DNA of 64,000 bases, from positions 3,782,001 to 3,846,000 of the forward strand of contig JAYWIR010000004.1 in the NCBI GenBank assembly GCA_036172245.1, read 5' to 3'. A program made the position numbers and the translations under genes. This document shows, piece after piece, positions 10,600 to 22,559 of this stretch. The notes beneath the pieces were generated by a model that searched no databases, was not told where the DNA came from, and saw only the letters and a program-made list of their open reading frames with translations. This DNA comes from Raillietiella orientalis. Taxonomy: Eukaryota. The first letter of the stretch is position 1. Every line of letters begins with the position of its first letter.

Positions 10600-12150
10600 A
10601 AATAAATCTAATTTTCCTGATCTGTTTGCTGAGAATGGTCTGTTGGAGCAGCTCAAGTGCAGAAAATGTCTTCCGGATGAACCCCATATTGCAAGGATGC
10701 TGCGAATCTTGTAGTATCAGAGCTCCTCCATTCTTCTTCTTATTGGCAGATGAAACGCTTGGTTTCTCTGTGAGAAGACTCACCTAAGCGCTGCAAAGCC
10801 GTGAACATCTCAAATGAGGACGATTGCCCTACGAATACAAACTGCCGTTGTTTAGCTTGGGTTTAGACAGTGAAGTCAGAACTGCTAGGAAAGCACGGAA
10901 GAATGGCAACAAGCCTTTCTAATGCTCTGTAGAGCTCCTGAAGCACAATCTTCACCTGCTCTTTGAATGATGTGTTCCTTATTAGACGAAGGGGTTATTA
11001 TTAGTATAGCAAGTCATAACTGGCCGATCAGATGACAAAGGAGGAAAGATTTCTTTTCTGTCGTGAGCTGCTTAGATTGAAAGGAAGACTGCTGACATTT
11101 TTAAATTGAGTATCATGGAAAGGAAATTGAACGAAAAGGGAAAAGGCAGTAGATATTAGATCGCACACTGTGAGCAAACTGATCAAATTTTTGGCCTGAA
11201 ATAATAATAATAATAACAAACCAGAATTAAAACTAAGAGAGCTATTTCAAACCAAGACTGCAGCCCCGTACTTCCGTATATACAGACGAATATTGACATT
11301 ACTATGCTCTGCTTATTAAAATTGTGATTTTCCTCTCCAAGAAGTTTCAAAATAATCATCATTAGCTATTCGTTGTCTTATTTCCTTATCTATTTGCAGA
11401 CATCTTGTTTTGAAAACATAGTCCATGTGAAATATCGTTGCAGCCAAATGCTATTGGATGAGTGAACGAAACAGTTGCAGGTTCAGCGTAAGAAGTGGCT
11501 TGTTGCCCTTTCATCCCGGTTATTTCCGAAAACTTGGGCACCAGAACCTTTTCTATCTGCATCCGAATGACATTTTCATAAAGCCGATCGGTGCATAAGA
11601 TGAGACATGCATCGTCTAATAACGATCCATTCATTGTAGAAACACCAGTTCTTTGGGTTTGAGGTTCATGTTAAGATGATAGCCAACTGCATCAAATTTT
11701 TAGAACAAACCATGCACTTTCCACCCATTTTAGTACCTTCTATTTGTTGAGGGAGATACGTGTTTCCGGATCATAAGATGTGGATGTCACGTCAGTTTTC
11801 TGAAATACTTAAGTGTCCGTTGAACTAGAGACAACATAATCGAGTTGCGGACAGGATCAGTGTCCGATCTGAACATCGAATTCCTCTTTTCATTCTTCAT
11901 CCGCTTCTCTCTAGTTAGCACAAGTTCTTCAGTTTTTGGCACTGAACCAGCTTTCATCATCCCAGATTCTTCGTAGATCTTTCAGTTTCTGTTACGAAGA
12001 TTAAAACACGATCCAATCTTCCGAAGTTAAAGCATTACTTTGACCACCTTAAACTCGGATTGCGAGATGAACAAGACGTCACATCACAACAGTATACTTC
12101 AACCCTTTAGCTCCAAGGTTAGCTGCTTAATTAAAGTTCCCAAGTTAGTG
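10600..12150 (-). mobile_element. Decayed Ty1/copia gag-protease-integrase relic
   Basis: In copia order on the minus strand: VRNSIMLSLVQRTL (gag UBN2-like), NEWIVIRRCMSHLM (W..DSG.S.HM), CCHSSVLS (C..C..GK) and SSFEMFTALQRLGESSHRETKRFICQ*EEEWRS (integrase F..F...E...K...DNGGE). Confidence 0.45.
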
Positions 12151-12399
12151 CCAAAGTTTGACACTTTCACATCTGATCCTCGAGAAAAAAATCAAGCTAT
12201 AATTTAAACTTTTAGCATTAACAATCTTCACATAAAAAAGACATCAATCACTGTAATATGCGAGTGGAGAAAGGTTGCGAAATTAGCGCGATCAATCATA
12301 ATAGTCTTCTTTCGCTAAGGAAACAAATCGTTGTAATGAGATTCAGGCATCTTGTTGGAGGACACTCATGGAACACGCTTATTAACGTCTTTCTGAGAA

Positions 12400-13900
12400 A
12401 TCAAAGTGCTGAGGCAAGCACACAATTGCGATCCAAAACAGCAAGAGAGGAGAGGCACTACCTTTTCGGCAGGAATAGGAATAAAACCGAAGATGATGAT
12501 TTCAAATCTTACTCCTATCAAAATGAATTTGGAGAAGCAATTTACTACTTTCCTGAAATCATTTCCAGACATCCCATGATTTTTCCAGCCGGAGTTTCCA
12601 TAGCTGCTTTCACTTCCTTGTCCAGTTTACAAGTGTTGGATATATGCTGTACAAAACATGATGGGCATTGAAGAGGACATATTGTTGGTACTCTAAAAAT
12701 GGGAGGTACACTCGGCAGGCTATAAACATAGGTGCTTCCCATTGTGAGAAATTCTGCGGAGCATCGGAGATTACTGCAGTGCAGAAACAGGTTGCCAATG
12801 ACACAGATCACACAACGCAATTCATTTTCGAGTTGAGCGACTTTCAGAAGCAGAAGGAAGAAGTGGTAACTTTGTAGGATAATAACATTCTCATGAGATC
12901 TGTTCTGTCGCTGAATGCCATATTTCTCCTTGCGAAGATAAAGCAGGCAAACAAATCGGGTTGTTCCGTTGAGGAAACGGTCAGGAGAAAGGCATTCTGT
13001 AAAAAGTCTTGCAGCTGAAAAAGTGTCCAGCACCAACCCGAGGACAGACTCGCATGTAGGAAAAATATGTATTCACAAGTTACAGTGAAAAATCTATTTA
13101 ATTCTATTTCATCGATTACTGTATTGATTGTTAATGTAGGAGCTTTTCGCTTCTCCAAAAATATTGATGTGGAAGTGCTGAATGCACTGCAAAGTCATCG
13201 ATGGCCGACGAGCTCTAAAGAACTTTAAGGAAAAAGAAAGATATGTATCAAGTGAAACTGAGGGATTGAATAAGAGGAATTTTGTTTGCCTGTCCTCGAT
13301 TAAAAATTGAAACATCTGGAAGGCGAATTGTCTAGAAATGCTTCTGAAGTCGGTTGCTCTGTTACAGTGAAGCCTCTTACAAGCATTTCCGGTTAACATA
13401 TCACTCGTGACAACAGCAGAAGACTTCGGAAACTTCCAAACAGGTGATTCTTGCATCGCCAAAGTATCTTTTGCCACTGCAGCTTGAGACGGAATGATCA
13501 CGACCTCAGGCTTGAAATGGAAGGCTAAAGGGAAATTCCACGGAAGTGTACTTAACCTTGTAGAAATTTCGGAAAGCAACTCTTCCGAATTGCCCGAAAA
13601 CCCTTTCTTGTAATCCAAATAGAGCGAGGAAACGAACTATGCATATAGAAATGGAAATTCAAGTAGAGAAGGAAAAAAAGTTAGTAACGTAATTTCTAAA
13701 TTCAGACTTCTTGAAGTCACAATAGCAGCTTGGCTCCTTCGGTTCTGATGAGACTTAGAAGCGATCTGCAGAGAGAACTCATTTGCTCGATCAGGTGAAG
13801 GACTATCACCGTTGCATGACGATGGGGGGAGGCAATGGCCGAGAATGGATAAACGAAAAGCTTGCAGAAAATTCGCAAAGGCACATCATGGCCTGATCAA
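12400..13900 (+). mobile_element. Decayed Mutator/MULE-like transposase
   Basis: LQVLDICCTKHDGH*RG (LDA.H.K...G), FELSDFQKQKEEVV (ISDR.KGL..AV), FGNFQTGDSC (SWIM-like) and KRKACRKF (C-terminal knuckle-like). Many stops. Confidence 0.35.
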
Positions 13901-14522
13901 TAATAGACAGTTGTCTGAAGAACAGGATGTTACAAATAAGAGTCTGTTTAAAATAGGAGAAGATGTACTTTCAGTTGTCTACTCATGAGTGTAAGAGGTG
14001 ATTGTAGCAGACTCCGAGGAATCCATCTCTCTTAGTTTTTTGAACGAAGACTCACGCCTCAATGAGTCAAAAAATCAATATGTACAGCGGCTAATTCCCT
14101 TCACCCTAAGGAACAGAAGTTTTCTCATTCACATTCTGTTTCGATTTCCGGAGTTCTATCAAGCAGTTAAAAGTTAATGATACAGTTTCTGCCGACAAAG
14201 AAAAATAATCTCCCTGATTATTCCTAATGCTACATCTTTCGAAAAGAGCAATAATCAATTTTTGAACAAAATATTCGATTTGATTAAGAGATCAGTAATC
14301 TTGAAACTATTTACGCCCAATTTTGCAATACAGATTCAAACTTGTGCCACGCCGTGGCTAAGGTCTCCAGAAAAATCTCAGGATATAGGAACCAAAACCG
14401 GGTACAATAATAAGCTTCCTTTCAGATGGTCCAGGGTGAGGCTCTGCAGAATAAGAGGCACACGAAAAAGAGCAAACAGCAACGGAAGAGACAGTAATGA
14501 GTCCAAGGTAAAAGGTAAAAAG

Positions 14523-14645
14523 TCCTATGCTCCAGCTGACGAGTCAGCAACCGGAGTCCGAAAAGTTCATTTTCAATTTGAAGTGGCAGAATCATCATCC
14601 TGGCTCAGTCCATTCCTCAGCTGACTCGTCAGCTGGAGTATAGGA
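14523..14645. repeat. 26-bp inverted repeats (14523-14548 / 14620-14645) enclosing an inverted copy of 14931-15008
   Basis: TCCTATGCTCCAGCTGACGAGTCAGC versus GCTGACTCGTCAGCTGGAGTATAGGA (1 mismatch). Confidence 0.9.
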
Positions 14646-14930
14646 GTGGAAAAGCAGCAGCAACGTGAATTCACTGAAGTTTTGCAGTCAGATTTAAAAA
14701 CAGGAGTGAAAGTAATACGGAAAGGCTTGCTGGACCAAGCAGGATAAGCCGAACACCTCCAAAGATCACGATGTTCTCTGGAACCAAGAAAACCATAGTT
14801 ATCAATTTTTATTGGGAATCAACACGTGATTTCCTAAGGGGAATCCAGGAGGGGAAACTGAGCGAAGAGGAAGATTCACGAGTTAGTGTGAAGACATGAT
14901 CCTCTTGATCGCTGAAAATTAGTAGGCAAT

Positions 14931-15008
14931 CTGAGGAATGGACTGAGCCAGGATGATTATTCTGCCACTTCGAATTGAAAATGAACTTTTCAGGCTCCGG
15001 TTGCTGAC
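14931..15008. repeat. 78-bp segment that is the reverse complement of 14543-14620
   Basis: Direct alignment by eye shows 4 mismatches in 78 bp. Confidence 0.9.
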
Positions 15009-18000
15009 GAATCTTAGCAGCTCAGGGTTGCTTCCAGGGAATTTCCAAATCTGTGTGAAAATGTGTTTTCGAAAATTGGAAGGATTCCTTGAGATCTCTT
15101 GGCAAACAGGTCATATGAAAGTTTAACGAACCTCAAGAGTTCACGTCACTCCATACTAGTCTGAGAGCAGAACCGTGATTGCAGTTGTCCTCGCAGTCTC
15201 TTCGGGTGAAGGCGCAAAAGACAGTTTCTGACGGGCATAGCCTTTGGTCATTGGAATCTCTGAGAATGCCAAAATGTATATGTATCCATCATGGCCTACT
15301 TTGCTGCCTCCTTCAGAGCTGTAAACCAAGAGCCTCGGTGAGGATCAAGGAGCATTGCAGGTGGTGTGAACTTTACGTGTTTGAGAACGTCTTGATGCAC
15401 AACACTTGATCAAAGCTTCATTTTTATAACAAATGAGTTCACAAAGTGTTGCTCTCGACGGAATCTTGGTTCAAAACAGGGCATCTTCCAGCTCTATCTC
15501 GTTTCTCCTCTGTGTAAGACTGAATCCGAAAGGCGCCGTCAGATTCCCTGGAAAAAGAAGTGGCTCTTGTTCTTCACATGTGTCATGAATTTGAGCCAAA
15601 TGAAAATGACATAAGGAGCAACTGCTCGTGTTTATGGGCAGTGCTTGGACCACTGAGCAGGTTGACCGGTTGATACGCTAAGAAAAGCGCGAGCATGGCC
15701 CTCTAATTCAAGCTACATAATTCAGATAGCAGATTGAAGGCAACCATATACTGAAATCTTGATTAAAGGGAAGCAACAAGTCAAAATAAAGGGGCGTTTT
15801 ACTATCAGCACTAATCCTTGGAGGACGCAGTGATTAAAATAACCCTAGCAGATTCAACAGGTTCAAAAATCACCAAAAAGACTCATCAATGCGCGAACGA
15901 AGGAGTTGCGAAGTTCACTAGTGGACAAAAGATGGTCCTACTTCACCTTGACAGCAGGATAGAGTAAAAAAAACTGAAAAACATCCATGTAGAAGAAACA
16001 AGATATCGAGATTTCCGACAAAGTCGATGCTACCACTGAAAGCATTTCAGTTCGTCTTTGTGGTGTCTTATTGACTCTAGTGACTGAAGAAACGTCGAGC
16101 ACCTGAGTGCTAGGCAACATATCAATATCCTGACTAGAGTGAGAGGAGAGAAAAGCCGTACGAGCAGCAGAATAGTCGATCGTGCTGGATTGAATGCCAC
16201 ACAATGTTGGAACAAAGTGCCAGAACATCAAACCAAACGTCGAAGGAGCTCATGAACCCAATAGGAACTTGATTTTTACCTACCGTGGTAGTAATATGGA
16301 AAAGAATGCAAGGAAATTCCTTGACATGTTTCTTCTTCTCGTGACCTTCTGTAGAAGCTTATTTCAAAAGGAAGGAAGTCCATAACTGATATTTATGCAG
16401 ACTCCCATTCAAACATTCCATGTAAATAGTGGAAAATGCTAATGCAAATCCACAGAAAGACAGACCGATAGAAAGACATGAATGCCTCGGTGTTCATTCC
16501 AGATGAATATTTGTACATAGAGAATTCCTCATCGAAAATAGGATGCACATAGATTTCATAGATCATCGATTAGAATTTTTTTTTTCACCTGTATAGAAGA
16601 TTTTTTCTACACCTTAGAAGGGGTACAAGTGGGTCTTTGAGGTGCCGATGACCATTTTAAAGACCACATAGGAATCGAACTCTTGTATGTGCTTCAGATG
16701 CCGAATTGAAACCATGTATCATTTTCCAGTTTCCTAAATTCATTTCTTTGGAATGAGTTTTCAATAAGCATATCGGAACTACAAGCTTTTGTACTCTACC
16801 ACGCTTAGAAAATTTGTTGGATGGCATTGTAAATTTCAAAGGATTTTCTACATGACTTTCAAGAACAGCTGCTTCAGCTCCAGTCCGTAACTTGTAATGG
16901 ATTCTTAGTAAATGGCAGTTCAGTTTTTTTTGCATATTAAAGACGAAAGCAGAAGAGTGTAGCATGCACCTGTGAGTGCTCAACGACGCCCTGTTTGCCG
17001 AATTTTCTTCTTTTAAAAACAAAAAAACAAATTTGTAGGGTGGTAATTTCGGAAGTACGAAACACCCTAATTTACCTTTCCGTAAGATTTCAAACAATCA
17101 CAGCTTCATTAAAGCGTTTACAGAGTCTCTTTCAAATTAATGCCCTCAGGGAGAAATAATAAATTTGTATTCCAGTATAGATGCATTCTAAGCATCTGAA
17201 TTAATTCAGTGTTGCCTTCTTTCATTTCATTTCTTTCAAGGCTTTCTGAGATAGTTTACTCGTCCAATAGTATCGTTATTTCTGCAGACTGTGGAATGCA
17301 ATTAAAGAATTAGCTCAGTACTCTCATTAGCTTCTCTGATCGAGTTCCGAGTCAGGAATCATCCGCACTTCAATTACCCACTCCTTTCCTCTGGAAAGCA
17401 TATTAGTTTATGTTTTGAAAATTGCCGCTCATCTCCGAAAATCAGAGCAATGTAATGATATCCTCAACTGTTTCGTTTCACCGTTTTTCAGCCTCTTATG
17501 TGTCGAGTTCCTCAGCAGATCCGGATCAGTACCATTCACGTGTAATGGAATGTCAGACTTTCATTTCATTATTCCTTTTTGATTTGTACTTTATATGTAG
17601 ATGTATTTTTGATTCGGGTCTTACGATTTAATGCATAATGCTGAGATTTAATTCTCTTATTCCATTACTTTCTTTAAGTGGATGCTGTTTCTTATGGGAA
17701 TGTTCCCATCAGTTGTGGCGGGTATACTGAATCCTCCATAGTATTGCTCTTTCATTAATCGGATGGTAGAAGATAATCAGTCATCAGTTGAACAGAAGGC
17801 AAGACTGTGGAGCATAAGCTGGGGATGTACACTTATAAAGAGACGAGTACTTCTGTGTGAGAACGAAAGCACTTTCAGGACCTTCTTCTGAACCAAACAA
17901 GCGTTTAGGTTTGGAAGTTTAATGACTTGATATCAAGAATAATCAAAGCACAAAGAAGAAAAAAATGCTATTGGAAAGCACAAATGCTACCAAGGATGAA

Positions 18001-21000
18001 TAGTAGAACTAAACATTCATCTCGAATTGGAGACCGCTATCCTGGAATGATGATCGACAATACAAAAAGTTCCACGACACCGCAGTCAAAAATATAGGTC
18101 AATAATATAATATATAACGTAATATACTGTAAATACCATGGAATAGTAAACTCCAAGATGAAACGAAACCTCAATAGGTAGAATGAGATTGGAATAGCTT
18201 TTCCATTTCAGCAAATTTAAAGATTTTTAGAAGATGGAGTTTATTTTTCATGAGTTTGCTTTGGATAGTTGGATGATTTCATTTCCTCTCTTGTAATTAA
18301 GAATCTGAATTCACGAATCCAGCTGCAAGCACCAAGTTTTTATCCCTTCGAAGAATAGTCAACGAATAAAGAGCCCGGAAATACAGAAATTCCCGAGAAA
18401 AGAAATTCTCCACATTCTTTTCCTTCCCTTCCTCTCGATAGAAATCCCGGAAGTCTCTGGAATTATGGTCTGGCCTCCGGCTAGCAAGTTCTACCAACAG
18501 CTGTGATCATCGACAGTGTCTGCAAGGTCTGTGATCTTATTCCAATGTAAATATGGATGCCTACTATCGATCTCTTCCTAACTTAGGAAGAAATTTTCTG
18601 TATGGTTGATCATGTAGCTACAAATAGCTGATGATCAGGTCAAGAGGGCTACACGAAAACAATGGGAGTTAGGGGTCGTTTGGACAGATTCAGGCCTAGT
18701 GCTCCATGTTGAAGAAAGTTCCATGATGAAGGCAATCGTACTGGACGTCGTGCATCCCTTTGAACATTCATCAACGACTCTGGAAAAGTCAAGAAATAAG
18801 AATGAGAGAAAGTCTTGAGGACTGAATCTCCACTTCACCTTCAAAGGAGTGCACCCTAGCTGTCGTAGCAGGATCTCTGAGATTGTGATTCAAGAAAGGA
18901 TGAGTCGCTAAGAAACACACGTAACATTTTCAGAAGTAGATAGAGAGCATGAGGATAGAAATGGCAGCTCTCGAACATCCAGTATTCTTGACAAGCATAT
19001 TGGAAGCTCGGATGGTCACCTCTCGTGTTGAAAGAACCCTCAAAAATCACAGCGTGTCACGAGGACGAGGTGGAGAAGACGATCGGACTAGGCACATGAT
19101 AAAAATTTCTTTCTTCATTTGTTTTTGTCCCTTTTTTTTAACATCGATGCCATTCAAAAAATGTAAATAAAATGCAACCTTCCCGAGAGAATAGATCAGC
19201 CATACTACTGTAACTGTGCATCCATGTAATCTACGAGTTACTGGTCGATGACGTGATGAACCCATTTATCAGCGAAGAAAAATTCAGAGAAGCCATGTAC
19301 CAATGAAAGCTGCTTAGGTGCGGTAATCTTGGCAGTCCGTTTCTTAATTGACTGATCGATAAGGTGCAGTGCGCGGTCATCCGAATTTCCTCGGAGATAC
19401 TGGAAGTGACTGAAGGGAAAAGGAAAAGACATTGTGATTCCTGTGCTTTGTATATGCTGTACAAAACCCGAAAAGTCCAAATATTCTGATACTGTTGCAA
19501 AGGTAAAAAAAAAAAAAATAAGTATTGTTCTCTGATCTTAGTTGGAGCTGTGCGTTGCTATCTGATTGCACTCCTGGATTCCAGCTCATTGCATGCTACC
19601 AATAAGCTCACAGAGGGGAATTGCCGTCCTCATGATCCAGAAACACTTCAACAGCAGTGACCGAAACATGCATGCCCATTTCCCGTTGATCTTTGCTCTC
19701 TTCTTTCATGCACCCTTATACCCCTTTCGAAGGATTTCTCGGATTCCTGACCCTTTGTTTACCGATAAGGAGGAGCCTATTTATAACCTGTTTGCAAATC
19801 AAGAATTGCTGATGCATCGGATGTATGATCAAACTGTTTGAGACCATTGGCACAGTTGGGAGGATCAATCTGGCCTTTGCATTCATCGTCAGCAGTTTGT
19901 TAGTTATCCTAAAACAGCACTTTTCCGCAGTTCCTAAAAGATCCTGAGATATCTTGAGGCTTTCAATGACGCTGCCGTTCGGACGTAGGAGAAGGATTGA
20001 GGAATTGAGGAAGTGTCGTTGTAACTGTGGCGACGCCTATGGATTGAATTTTTGAGCAACCAAATTTCTATTTTTTGTGCATTTTGTCCAGAAAAGACAC
20101 ATTTATGGCATTGTAAGCAACGAAGAGTGCACATGCAAAGCTCACTCTAAGATTCAAGCTCAGTCAAACTGAAAACTTAGTTTAAGATTAAACGAAAGTT
20201 TTTTCTTTCTCTTTTCTGTTTCAAATATGAAAAGGATCCTCCAAAAACAAATTTTTTTTAAACTCCCATTGTCCGATTTCTGGAATGATACTCCTTAAAA
20301 GTCTTGTTTATGAGTTTGTCTTTTAGAATATGCTAGAAGTATTCATGTTGGTAATTCCGGCTCTGCTCCAGCACCCTTCGCACCCCGAGTTTTTTCATTC
20401 TAAAGAAAAGTGCTGGAGAAAGTGTTAACAAAAAACATTTCATTTTCGTCAGTTTTCATTTGGATTCGTGATTTCTTGAAGTTTCTTTCAGAGACAGCAG
20501 TTTGCTTCCGGTTACATATTTGTGGGTGCTTTATGGGAATGCTGCTGGAAACGGAACACCGTTCGTAGTCGAAAGTAGGTTTTGCTATTAGGGATTTGTC
20601 CCTCATAAGGGCGACAGAGGTTTGCACGTTGAGTTTTCCTTGGAGTGGAAGATGAGTTTGAAATGATTCCCTATTCTTTAATTTTTTTTTCTCAAGTGAT
20701 TTCCAAGCTGACTGCCCTTCTAAGTGATCACATTGAAAATAATATTTGATTAATCCAAGTAGACTGGTGGACTCGTAACGATGAAAGGTTTGCTCAAATC
20801 TGAGATTATAGAAGCTTATAAATGTTATTCCTACGCAGTAGGGATAAAGGCAGCTAACGTGTTCCAATTTTTCCAGAGAATTAGGTTAGAGAAAGTTATA
20901 CCAGATCCTGGAATTCTTTCCATTTCGGTTCGCTCCTCAACTTCGCTTGCCTCTGGAATTCATTTACTGCTTTCGTTGAGTAGGATTGTCATGTCTGGGT

Positions 21001-21665
21001 CTGTCACATCTCTTATGTTACATTCTGGAAGGCAGAGTTGACCGTGCAACAACTGTCTGCCTATTCTCCCTATCTGAGAACTGAATGAGTCATAGTAAGC
21101 CCCGTATTTACTATTGCTCTAGAATGGGAAAACTGAGAGTATTCATAGAATAGGAAACGTAGAAAAGATTGTCTTTTCGGAACAGAAGTTCAGAGGAGGC
21201 GAAATTCTACTAGGGGTCCCTCATGACGATGGAAATTCATGAGAATGACTGGAGCTAACCAACAAATGAAGCCTCACATGACCGGTAGCGAGACAGAAGC
21301 TGGTGATTGGCAAGGGATGAATGAAACGAGGAAGGAATTGGTTACACTTCTTGTATACTAGGAAGGGATAGAGTGAAAATCGTTGATTCACAGTAGTTTA
21401 AGAAAAAAACTACTTTATAACTGGTTCGCTTTTCAGCTAAATAGCATGATACCGTTATATTAGCATCATGCTGATGCCAGTCATTGGATTACTGCTGTGG
21501 AGTGAACCAAACGTTGAGTCACGGCGAACGAGGCTGCACTCATCAGATTCCTCGAAAGGAGTTGGTTTCTATAGACGGAAGCAAGGTGGTCATGGAAGCC
21601 GAAATCCTCTGAAGGGTGCACAACGATCGCCCGTAGAAACAACTAGCCCTGAAAACGGATGGCCA

Positions 21666-22395
21666 GAGCTGGAGGCCGTGTGGCCGTGTAGGATGTCCGC
21701 GCGTGCTACCAAGAGTCGTGGGTTCGAATCCCCTCGTGGATGATCGACGTAAGAGAAATGGGTGCGTCACGGGTTTCCAATAGTGTCCGCAAGATGATAC
21801 AAGATATTCGGGCACAGCATTGATGGAACCTGGATGCTACCGTTGAGTGGCCGGGATTGAGGGTCCTCCAGGGTCCTTCCAGGAATCAAGGAGTTGGTTC
21901 CCTCCGGTTGTCCAAATAAAATAAATACCTCTCTAGAGTGTTATAGAAGAGTGCTGCTTCCTTCAGGGTGTACCCTTTAGAGAAATTGGGGAGCGGGATT
22001 CTCTTCAGAGGAGCAACAAGAAGAGGTTCCCTTACGGGTTCCCTCCGAAGAAGACAACGCGGATGTTTTTTCCGGTTCTCTTCAAAGGAGGAACGAGTGG
22101 CACCTCCGAGGGGGCCCTCCGGAGGGAGTAGGGAGGAGGTTCCACTTCGAGGTTTCCTCCGGAGACAACCAGGGCAAGGGTTTCCTTCGGCATTCCCCAC
22201 AGAGCGTGAGAGAAGGAATGGAATCCTTCTCCGGAGCCTTCCTGAATTCATGGGGTGGTCCCTATGGGATTTCCCCTTAATTTGAAGAGTTCCACGCACC
22301 CTCTGGTGGCACGGACAGAGCTAAAGAGCTCCGTGAGCCTCCCTTAAGGAGGCGGACGGTTCTTCAGTACTAGGTGAACCCAAAAAAGAAAATCC
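21666..22395 (+). mobile_element. tRNA-headed SINE-like element, copy 1
   Basis: A-box-like TGGCCGTGTAGG at 21681-21692 and canonical B-box GGTTCGAATCC at 21721-21731. Collinear homology over head, body and tail with the reverse complement of 22900-23811. Ends GTGAACCCAAAAAAGAAAA. Confidence 0.75.
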
Positions 22396-22559
22396 ACCCA
22401 AAGAAAAGCAGGAAGAAAAGCAACAAAACCAGAACAAAACAGACAGAACAAATCCCATCATACGAACATTTCATCCTTCCTCCTTTGCCTCAGTGCTTCC
22501 CTCTTTAAGGGACGCAAGGGACAGCTAATCCGGGAAGGTGAGAAGTCAAATGCATAGAA

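Noticed and set aside
18500..20150. Additional MULE-like traces (KAIVLDVVH, LRKGYKG), plus similar traces near 29.3 kb and copia RT-like traces near 25.0-25.7 kb
   Set aside because: Only one or two weak motifs each, not supportable without a profile search.
21671..21745. Functional tRNA gene
   Set aside because: It has a B-box and T-arm, but I could not fold an acceptor stem or full cloverleaf, and it is the head of a repeated element.
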